A stretch of 62,948 bases of DNA, the filler included, from Ministeria vibrans ATCC 50519 (taxonomy: Eukaryota > Protista > Filasterea): NCBI GenBank assembly GCA_943704425.1. It is 11 parts of 11 records of this genome, joined end to end, with 100 filler letters (N's around TTAATTAATTAA, not from the genome) between each part and the next. Parts side by side here need not be neighbours in the genome. Positions count along the whole stretch, not along the records: positions 28,349 to 34,817 come from CALSCP010002778.1; positions 34,918 to 36,558 come from CALSCP010001237.1; positions 36,659 to 46,491 come from CALSCP010002095.1; 8 more parts are not named here. The stretch is one strand, 5' to 3'. Under the pieces are notes generated by a model. It was not told the DNA's origin. It worked only from the letters and a program-made list of their open reading frames with translations, and did not search any database. A program made the translations under genes and the position numbers. Below, one piece after another: positions 28,249 through 37,923 of this stretch (the first letter of the stretch is position 1; every line of letters starts with the position of its first letter).

Positions 28249-28348
28249 NNNNNNNNNNNNNNNNNNNNNNNNNNNNNNNNNNNNNNNNNNNNTTAATTAA
28301 TTAANNNNNNNNNNNNNNNNNNNNNNNNNNNNNNNNNNNNNNNNNNNN
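28249..28348. other. Artificial contig linker N44-TTAATTAATTAA-N44 (also 34818-34917, 36559-36658, 46492-46591, 48815-48914, 52078-52177, 54295-54394, 56231-56330, 59282-59381, 60785-60884)
   Basis: Identical 100-bp spacer with stop codons in all six frames. Confidence 0.98.
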
Positions 28349-28354
28349 ATAATA

Positions 28355-28445
<91 letters not shown>

Positions 28446-28471
28446 TTATAATCTTATTATTATTCTTATTC

Positions 28472-28523
<52 letters not shown>

Positions 28524-28525
28524 AA

Positions 28526-28560
<35 letters not shown>

Positions 28561-28590
28561 TTATTATTATTATTATTATTATTATCAGTT
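28349..28590. repeat. (TTA)n microsatellite
   Basis: Seen directly; similar tracts at ~30070-30150 and ~32345-32420. Confidence 0.95.
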
Positions 28591-28649
28591 CTATTGATCT
28601 CAATTTTTCTTAATATTATTTTATTTGATTATATTTTTCACTATTGAAC

Positions 28650-29445
28650 ATGAGTATCCCCCACAGTCAGTCACTGAATAGTGATCCACTTGAGCAAATT
28701 CTTGACGCTGAAGGACTCTTGCCGGTCTGGTTTATTTTTTTATCAGTGTAAAGATTGCATACTATATTAATGATCATTGCTTGACGCTTAGCTGCGCCAA
28801 GAGGACGATGAAGACGAAGCCTACAGACAAACTGTCCGTTCCATCTCACGACTACGGCGCTCTATTGAACAACTGCAACTGGAGATTCGTCGACGGGAGA
28901 TTGTCCAGTCGGCACCGGACCTGTTTGATGCGCGAGTGCAACGTACGCTGAGTTCAACGTCTTGATCACTTCGCTCGCTCACTGCCGCCAACCCCGTGCA
29001 GAGCGACGTCTGGCATTAGTCCAGGAACAGGTATCACTTGCTCAACAACTTGTTGAGCACAAAGCAGTCGTGATTGCGAAGCTGCAGGAGGCACAAGCGC
29101 AGCGCAATCACCAGACGGATTCGCTTCAAGTGCACTGCAAGGACCACGCGTAAGAACACATTAGACAAGTCCATTCTCACCCTTCGGACTTGCCAGAGCT
29201 GTTGTGTCCGCATTTGATGCCATGTCGCAGACGAGAGACATTCCTATTGCTCCAACGGCGAAGATGGACCAGTTCATTCCCGTATGTCTCTTGAAAGGAA
29301 GACCTAACTGACCGTTCCTCTGCGTGTGGGATTTTAGGATTCTCAGCAGACTGCCTTGGCACAATCTCTTGAGTTATTCTCTGCTGCGTCGAAGAACATT
29401 CGCACTTTGAGGTCAATACTCGCTGAGCTGAGAGCGACAAAGTGA
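28650..29445 (+). CDS. Probable augmin subunit HAUS2/AUG2-like, about 5 exons, 5' end uncertain
   Basis: Spliced SISRLRRSIEQLQLEIRRREIVQSAPDLFDARVQQRRLALVQEQVSLAQQLVEHKAVVIAKLQ...DSLQVHCKDH parallels my recollection of AUG2 (IADLQVELQGR...KDRIIARLQQP..DCIPVEAEY); TGA at 29443-29445. Confidence 0.55.
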
Positions 29446-29467
29446 TTGTATCAATAGGTTTGTACAT

Positions 29468-29568
29468 TTATATGATTGTCTTGTATGGATTGAGAATGCC
29501 CTTTGGATCGAAGAGATGTTTGATTTGCTTCATGGCGTCAATAGCAACATTGCCCTAAGCAAACATAG

Positions 29569-29607
<39 letters not shown>

Positions 29608-30068
29608 TAGTGACAAAGACATCGAAGGAAAGAAATTGTGATACCTTTGAGTATGAGATGTAGTGTGGTTTCATGAGGCCCAGTCCGTGTTCGGCACTGA
29701 CTGAGCCACGATGGGAGGAGACAAGCTCGTAGATGAATGGTTCGATGCGATGGGCAATGCAGGGGAGGTGAGCGGGGGAGTTGATGTTGATGTGAATGTT
29801 GCCATCGCCCACATGGCCAAAGCCGACGACGGTCGCGGGAACGACGGGACACGCCGCCGAGGCATCGCCGGTCGAGAGGGGCCCTTGCGTGCTCTGTGTA
29901 GTCTGTGGAGTGGTCGTGGTGGGTGTAGAGTTGAGCCGCGCACGGAGGGCCGGGACGGGATCGTAGTAGACGGAGAGGGGCAGCGACACGTCGTACTTGT
30001 ACAAGCGCTGCGACGGATGTACCTGACGGACAAAACAATATTCAGTTGAAGAGTTTGTGCAGAATAAA

Positions 30069-30153
<85 letters not shown>

Positions 30154-31296
30154 TTCTCTATCTGTACCATTGCTTCGGACACACGCTCACGCAACTCCCA
30201 GAGTGCACTAGCTTGTTTTGAGTCCTGTGCAACGACACCGTTGTCGACACAGCCCGTCTCCATGGCAACGTCAAGGAAGCCATTAAGCTTGGCACTGTCG
30301 TGCGCGCCGTCGGAGCCACTAGTCTCAACGAGCACGTAGAACGGGTGGTTGCTCTCAATGGGGCACTCTAGTTTGAATCTTTCCTGTACTACACGCAGAG
30401 ATGCCTCGTCTTGCACCTCGAACGCAGAAAGAATCTCGCCCAGGTGTGAGCGAGCATGCGTCAGCAGCTCCTGCACTTTCACAAACGACGTGAGGCCAAA
30501 AAAGGCCACATTGACAGAACGCGGACGGGGCGCAGCCAGAATGGACACGCGTGTGACCACCCCTAGAGTGCCTTCAGCACCAATAAAGAGATCCTTGAGC
30601 GAATAGCCGGTGTTGTCCTTGCGCACAGTCGTCATCAGGTCCATGATACGACCGTCGGCCAGAACCACTTCCAGCCCGAGTACCGAGCCATGAAGCGAGC
30701 CGTAGCGCAACAGGCGCAGGCCACCGGCGTTCGTCGACACGTTTCCCCCAATGCAACACGAACCCTTGGCGCCCAAGTCGAGTGGCATCATGAACCGTTC
30801 TGTGGCCAGATACCCATCGAGTTTCGCCAGGACGGCGCCCGCCTGCGCCACCAGAATGCCCGAGACGGGGTCAAACGACTCGACTTGATCCATCAGCTCC
30901 GTGGTCAGCACCACCTCGTCGTGGACCGGCACCGAGCCGCCCACCAGGCCCGTATTGCCGCCCTGCGGGGTCACCGCCAGACTGGCCTCGTTGCAGACGC
31001 GCAGCAGCCTGGACACCTCTTGTGTGGTGCGCGGCCGCAACACCAGCGAGCCAACACCCTCGTACTTTCCCATCCAGTCGCGGCAGTAGCGCCTGACGTC
31101 CTCTTCGCGCGTTAGAATCTTCAAACAAAGTTGTAGTTGGTTCACAAGAGCATCGTCACCATTTCAATCAAACCTGCGAATCGGGACTTGCAACGCAGCT
31201 TTTCAATGCCTGCGTGTGCGCATCGGTAATCGTTCCAAATTGGCTACTCCTCGACGGAGCATACGTCGCCAAAGTTCGCTGGACAAATCGGCGCAT
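29468..31296 (-). CDS. D2HGDH: D-2-hydroxyglutarate dehydrogenase (FAD-linked oxidase; Dld2-like)
   Basis: PQGGNTGLVGGSVP, MPLDLGAKGSCCIGGNVSTNAGG, RKDNTGY, FGHVGDGNIH, GSVSAEHGLG, FDPKGILNPYK; 4 exons. Confidence 0.96.
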
Positions 31297-31402
31297 GAAT
31301 AATAGTAACAATAATAACAAAAATATTCGAAGTTCAAATCTATCAACTCGAACGGTTCGGAAACTAACAGTAGAATTAAGAATATTCATATTAATTGTTG
31401 AT

Positions 31403-34388
31403 ATGAGTGACTCATTAGAGGAACGAGACACGGTTGGGGAGTACAGTAGCGCAAGTATTGCGTTGAAGAGCAATCGTAAACAACCGTTGCCTGAAATCAC
31501 AGTCACTCCCAACCTACACTCCGCCATTCCTGCCGAACGGATCCTCGCACGTCGGCAACGCCGTCAAAAACACCAACGAATTGTCGAGAGTGGGGAAACG
31601 CCAGAGGAGCGCGCAGCAAAGGACAAAGCAGCGGTAAACGAAACAAACAGATCTTTATCTCCATCCCCACATTGTATTCGTGTGTGTGTGCGTGTGTGGG
31701 TATGTGTGTGTGTGTCGTTGGGTAAATTTTACAACTATTGTTGTCATCAATGTGTGCGTGTGTGTGTGATTCACTTGATGGCGTTATGTTTTGATTTTTG
31801 CTCATGGCAACGGTTGCCATGACTTTCTTTGTCTCTGCGAAGGAGGACGAGTTTGATCCTGTCAGATCACAAGCACAACTCAAAGAGGCGACCCTGCGAT
31901 TGGAGGAGCTCTTTGTGCAAACAGAAGAGCTTGTGTCTAATGTACGAGTGGCAGGAGACGCCCGCGAATCCGAACGACGTTTCGAGGCGGAAAACGCTCT
32001 CGCCGAACGCACTCGTCGCATTGACGCGGACCTTCTTGAGTCGGAGAAGAAATATACCAACAGTACGAATCATAATTGATAATACTGTACATATGTATAT
32101 ATGGGCTGCCTGCGGAGCTTCAGCACTAAAGGGTGATCTTGTGTCATGTTCCTTACCGTATTCCTTAGTTCAAGAGGCATTCACTTTCAAAATGAAACAG
32201 TCTCCGGCTGCGCTCCAAGAGATTTTCTTGTTGCAGCAGAAGCGCTGCAACGAAGTGATCATTTCGAAGCAGCAGGTAATTAATGATTCACGATCGAGAG
32301 AGATATCGATCAGCTATAACAAGGAGATAAGTCCCAGAATTACAACATTAATAATAATAATAATAAATTAATATTATTAATATTATAATAATAATAATAA
32401 AATAATTATTATAATAATAATAATTTAGTTTACTGACATTGTTATTATTATTTAGCTCATCAACGAACTGCACATGCAACTGAAAGGCAAAGACGACGAA
32501 TATGTCAAGGATTTGCGACGACAGAGCGAGGACGTCAGTCTGTTGATCACACGCATGAGCGCACAAGTGAAAGAACTTCAAAGTGCGCAGCGAAGTGAGC
32601 TGGCGGCGCTCGAGCACACGCTTTTGCAAGAGCGACGGGAGTTGCTGGAGAGACAGAAGGGACAGAGTGCACAGCAAATGGCGAGTCGACGCACCGAAGA
32701 GACGCGCAATTTGCAGGAGAGAGAGCAGTCGTGGCGAGCACAGCAGCAGCACATGGATGCAATGAACACACAAGGGGACGAAGAATTGCACGCGCTTAAA
32801 ATGAAAATGGAACAAGAGGTACGTCGTATACTTGCAACACTTGTACAACAAGCATTATTATGTATGGTTTGGCCACGCGGACGATATTGTCAACACTGGA
32901 TCGTCTTACGAAACAACATATTGATCATGCCATGACACGTCCCTAGATTGAGGAACTCGAGCGACAGATTGAAACGATGCGAGCAAGCTATCAGCTGAAT
33001 AGTGAGAAACTGGAGTACAACCTGCAGGTGCTGCGAACGCGCGACGAAGAAAACACGGTGATTGCGGCGCAGCAGAAGCGACGGGTGACGCGACTGACGG
33101 ACCATCTGACAGCACTAAGAGTGAAGTTGAGTGGCGTTGAGAGTGCGCTGCGCGACCGGTGTGATGCGTTGGAGGGCGATTGTGTGCGACTGGGGCGACA
33201 GTTGGAGGCTGAGCGGAAGCGCTGTGGGCATTTTGTGGGGATTGAGCGGGATCGGTATCGCAAAGTGTTTGCGATGCGAAAAGAGGAGATGGATGAAGGC
33301 GCAGTGCGACTGTTGGGAGCGGACAAAGCACTGGCGGAGCAGCAGTTGGGGCTGGAGTGGACACCTCCGGACGGGAGAGTGTTGCGAGTGGATGTGCTGG
33401 AAGAGGAGATCGATCGCGAGAAGGAGGGAGGGATGGGGGGGCGCGTAGGACGAGGAACACAAATAGTTGCGGCCGAGACGGAGGATATGCGGGAGAGGCG
33501 GAGGAAAGGAGAGATGCTGATGCTGATGACAGGGAATGTTCACCATGCAGAAGAGCAGAACGTGGGGGACGGAGCGGCGGTGGGTGAGACCATGCACAAG
33601 GTGATGGAGTTGCTCGGAGGCGAGACGGGGTTTTTGCTGGAGGGCACATTGCAGAGACTGCTCGAGCCACTGGAGCGCACGGAGAGGGAGCTTATGCGAC
33701 TCGATGCGGTCTGTAAGGCACTCGGGTTGCGTCGTCCCGAAGACCTAGTGTTGCTTGCTGGGTACTTTGTTGAGGAGAGGGAGACCGATGGTCCGGGCGG
33801 GAGCGAGGGAGGAATTGCAATTGGTGAACATGTCGATCCGGCCGCTGACGGCTTGACGACACTGGTCAGCCGTGAGCAGGTGTTGCGCGTGATCGAGCGA
33901 TTTGTCAAGGATTATCATCAACGCGCCGGAAAGGTAATAATAGTGCAATAAAAATAAATAATAAATTATTATTATTATTATTAATTAATACTAATTCTTC
34001 ACTAATTCCATCGTGTAGGGTGGAAGTGCAAGTGAGACGGCACTGGCAGCGTCGAATGAACGATGGGACGCAGCAGACGAGTATTGGACGCGCGCAGTGG
34101 AGGTGGTGTCGCGGGTGGGCGAGCAGGTGTGGGATGCACTTGAAGAGGGCATGGAGAAGTACCACGGGGTGTTGGAAGAGCGCAGACGCATTGCCGAGGA
34201 GTCGGAGGGTCTCAAGAGGCAAAATGCTGAGCTGCGGGTAAGCAAGCGAAACAAGCAAGGACAACACACAAACGCAATGGGCTGACTGCTTCAATTAGGC
34301 TCTTTTGACTCAGTACACGACTTCCTCTGTGAACGACCCCTTCCAGGTTCCTCCCACTGCCGGGATGACAAACAAACAAATACAATGA
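31403..34388 (+). CDS. DRC1: Dynein regulatory complex subunit 1 (CCDC164)
   Basis: ERILARRQR, LVSNVRVAGDARESERR, LINELHMQLKGKDDEYVKDLRRQSEDV, MRASYQLNSEKLEYNLQVL, WDALEEGMEKYHGVL...QNAELR|LLLTQY...FQVPPT. Confidence 0.92.
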
Positions 34389-34570
34389 GTGAAAATGAAT
34401 AATGATTAATGAGTGAATATAATTTTTGTTTTTTGGACATTGAATTTGATCTGTTTGCAATGTACCAGGCCGTGCCTCCTCCTGCGAATGAATCGGCGGC
34501 GCCCGTGCCGTGGAATGAAGTTGTCCAGCGTGCGCGTGAGGTACGCCTGCAGTCCCTGTCCCTGTCTCTC

Positions 34571-34601
<31 letters not shown>

Positions 34602-34612
34602 GTCTCTGTCTC

Positions 34613-34644
<32 letters not shown>

Positions 34645-34917
34645 GCTCTCTCTCTCTTTCTGCACTAACGCCCTCTCTTCCATGCACTCCAGGCTGCCGC
34701 CCGTTTGAAAGGTATTTTCCCCGTGCCGGCGTGTCCCTGTGCGTGCTGTGCGTCGTCTTGCGTCGTCTGCACGTTTTTGTGTCCTTTTTGTGTGTGTGTC
34801 TCTCGCTCTTTTTTTTTNNNNNNNNNNNNNNNNNNNNNNNNNNNNNNNNNNNNNNNNNNNNTTAATTAATTAANNNNNNNNNNNNNNNNNNNNNNNNNNN
34901 NNNNNNNNNNNNNNNNN

Positions 34918-35026
34918 TGCTCGAGTCCTGAAAAGTCGTTGAAGGGTGTAGAGTTGGCAGTCCTCGAGCGCTTTGGGCATGCGTCGCCATCGGTGTCATC
35001 GTGAGCAGCTGTTGTTGTTGTGCAGT
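34918..35026 (-). mobile_element. hAT transposase fragment, near-identical to 27854-27962
   Basis: 109-bp direct match with one visible mismatch. Confidence 0.9.
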
Positions 35027-35255
35027 ATCAGTACAAACCAGTACATTTGTTCTGGTCTGATTGGCTCGATGACTGATCTGGTCTGGTGACTCAGACACTC
35101 TGGTCAATATCTGGTCTGGTTTTGTACTAGTCTGATTGTGTACTGATCTGTTCTGGTCTGATCGTTCAAACCCTAAAAGAAACTTCAGAAAGTCAGCATT
35201 TTAATTTTTCATTTTACCTTTAGCTTTTAGCTGACCCATTAGTTTCAACAACTCC

Positions 35256-36557
35256 ATGAGTACCATACATGAACGTATAGAAGAGGCGCGCTCGTCCAAT
35301 TGCTTGAATTTGCGGACTATGCAACTCTCTTCTCTCCCCACACAAATCCTTGAACTCTCTCGCACTCTCAAGGAGCTGTATCTATCAGACAACCCACTTA
35401 GAGAGCTGCCCGATTGGATAAACCGATTTGAGAAGCTGGCAGTATGCTTTTCGGAAGTTTCTCGTTTCTGAACGAATTTCAACGATTTTTCCGTAGCTTC
35501 TTGACGTGACTAATTGCAATCTGACATCGTTTCCTGTTACGATCCTAAGCATGAGGACACATCTGGAATTCATAACGTTTCACGGAAACAAGGGCTTCAA
35601 ACCTTGTCCCGACGACAACCTTTGCAGCAGTACGAAAACCAACACTCTCTCACTGTCTAAGTCTCTCTGTTTCTGAATCCGTGTCTTTCTGCCAATATCT
35701 CCGTCGTCTCTCTCTCTCTCTCTTTATCTCTGTCTCTTCCTGTCTCCCTGCGTGTCTGTGTCTCTTTCATCATTTTGGTTGATTTTCACCGCCCTTCGTT
35801 CTCTCTGTCTCACTCTATCTGAATCTCGGTGTCTCTCAGTGTGTACCTCTATCACCACTCGTTCATTTGTTTTTTTGTTTCTATCACTGTGCTCCTTTTC
35901 ACCCTTGTGTTTCGATTTGTTTTGCGGTGTCTCTCTCACACACTCTTCTATTAATTATTTATACTGGGTCGCTCTTATTACCGAACGTGCAATCTTTTGT
36001 TTGTAGAAGGTACATTATAATTAATGTTTGACTTCGAGAAAAGTTGAGAAACATCTCACTGACTTTTGTGTTTTCCTAAATGTCCTCGAATAAAATCTAA
36101 ACAGTCTGTAAGATACCCAAATATGATTGAGATCTTCTCACTTTATTTTCGTATAGTTTGTAAGTGGAAAGAAGCGAATAATAAGAATATTGTGATGGAT
36201 TGTTTTGTGCTTGTGCTTTTGGATTGTTCTATTTATTTTATAAATGGGTTGTATTCTTCTTCTATTTATTTTAGGGTGTAAGTTAGAAGAACGAGAAAAA
36301 AAGGGTTTTAGTTCTGATATTGTTTTTCTTTGTGCTTTTGGATTGGTCTGTGTATTTCAGATCGTAAGTTGAAAGAACGAGAGAAAAAGGGTTTTGGTTC
36401 TGATATTGTTTTTCTTTGTGCTTTTGGATTGGTCTGTGTATTTCAGATCGTAAGTTGAAAGAACGAGAGAAAAAGGGTTTTGGTTCTGATATTGTTTTGT
36501 GTTTGTGCTTTTGGACCGTTCTGTTTATTTTAGTTGGTAAGTTGAAAGAACGAGAGA
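35256..36557 (+). CDS. LRR protein, 3' part missing; two normal exons followed by seven putative 3-nt microexons
   Basis: Exon 35256-35441 (LNLRTMQLSSLPTQIL...LKELYLSDNPLRELPDWINRFEKLA) and exon ~35498-35629 (LLDVTNCNLTSFPVTIL...PCPDDNLCS); then AG|NNN|GT units at 36007, 36105, 36157, 36275, 36361, 36447 and 36534. Confidence 0.8.
36278..36557 (+). repeat. ~86-bp tandem repeat, 3+ copies, with a degenerate copy from 36160
   Basis: GTAAGTTGAAAGAACGAGAGAAAAAGGGTTTTGGTTCTGATATTG...TATTTCAG-NNN units start at 36278, 36364, 36450 and 36537. Confidence 0.92.
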
Positions 36558-37036
36558 ANNNNNNNNNNNNNNNNNNNNNNNNNNNNNNNNNNNNNNNNNN
36601 NNTTAATTAATTAANNNNNNNNNNNNNNNNNNNNNNNNNNNNNNNNNNNNNNNNNNNNAATGACCAAAATAAATGGTATTGAAAGAAAGATAAAGAGAGA
36701 GAGAGAGGAGAAAGAAACAAAGTGATAGAGAGAGAGAGGAGAAAGAAACAAAGTGATAGAGAGAGAGAGGAGAAAGAAACAAAGTGATAGAGAGAGAGGA
36801 GAAAGAAACAAAGTGATAGAGAGAGAGAGGAGAAAGAAACAAAGTGATAGAGAGAGAAACAAAGTGATAGAGAGGAAGGAGGGAGAAAGAAACAAAGTGA
36901 TAGAGAGAGAGAGAGAAAGAAGGGAGAAAGAAACGAAGTGATAGAGAGAGAGAGAGAAAGGAGGGAGAAAGAAACAAAGTGATAGAGAGAGAAAGGAACA
37001 AAGTGATAAACAATAATACAGTGTTCCGCCGTTACC

Positions 37037-37620
37037 TTAGGGCGACGACGAAAAGATAAGGAAAGGCGGGTGTGTCGAAGCGAGAGCCGGGGGGGACAAA
37101 GAACAAGGGCAGGAGGGCGCATGAGGCCAGGGTGGTGAGGACGACGACGACAAGGTCGGCCTTGGGCGGAGGGATCGGCGCACCGGCGTCCCACACGAGA
37201 AAGTGGACAAGGTGCAAAACACTCTGGGCGACGGCCAAGCAGGGAAAGAAGACCAGATCAAAGGTGGTGCGCTCAGTGACACCCAGAATGAGACCCAGCT
37301 GCGCCGCTTCCAGCAGTACAGCGCCCAGCGCCTCCCAGCGCCAGCCGCGCGCAGTGCCCAGCAGTTTCACAAGCGACGCCGCAAACACCCACGCCAGGAA
37401 ATACTTCTCAAAATGGCCCGACAAGGTCGGACTCAGACGATTGACAGCAAGCAAGAACTCGGCCAAGTTTGACGCAAAGACGAGGACCCTGCAGGCGGCA
37501 GGGGTGAAACAACACACACTGATGAGGCGTTGTTTGTTTTTTCACTGTCTGTGCACCTTATCGCGGTCACCCACCACGGCGTTCGCTTGAGCTCGTCCAC
37601 ACGCATTCTCACAGGGTTGC
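37037..37620 (-). CDS. Multi-pass membrane protein, partial, family unknown
   Basis: Hydrophobic exon ~37490-37037 with several TM-like segments, bounded by AG/GT; small upstream exon. Confidence 0.55.
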
Positions 37621-37923
37621 CAGCAAAGTGAGTGGACAAGAGATAAATAAATAAAAGTAAGCGAGGAACTAACTCTGTGCGTAAGTATAAGCGAAAAAAG
37701 AAGGCCAAACAAAAGAAACAAAGAGTAGCACAACACACTACTTCCGCCGTACACTTCTAGACGTCCCGAACGAAGCACAAAACACCCTCTAAAATAGTAA
37801 AGGGAATGGGAGGAAGAAGATATCGCACAACCAGATCAAAATGGCTTTAAGCTGCAGGTAATAGGAACAGCGAAGGAACGAGAAGCGGGCTGGAAACTGA
37901 AGTGATTTTTATGAAGAGAAACC

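Noticed and set aside
34459-34540. Short first-exon-like MYQAVPPPANESAAPVPWNEVVQRARE
   Set aside because: Too short, at a contig end, and unidentifiable.
35840-35842. Possible eighth microexon cag|TGT|gtacct
   Set aside because: Weaker donor, and joining it to the AAG exon would create a TAA stop. Left out as probable chance, though it could be a poison or mutually exclusive exon.
36278-36557. CRISPR-like array
   Set aside because: Units are contiguous with only 3 variable nt, there are no spacers or cas genes, and the context is eukaryotic.
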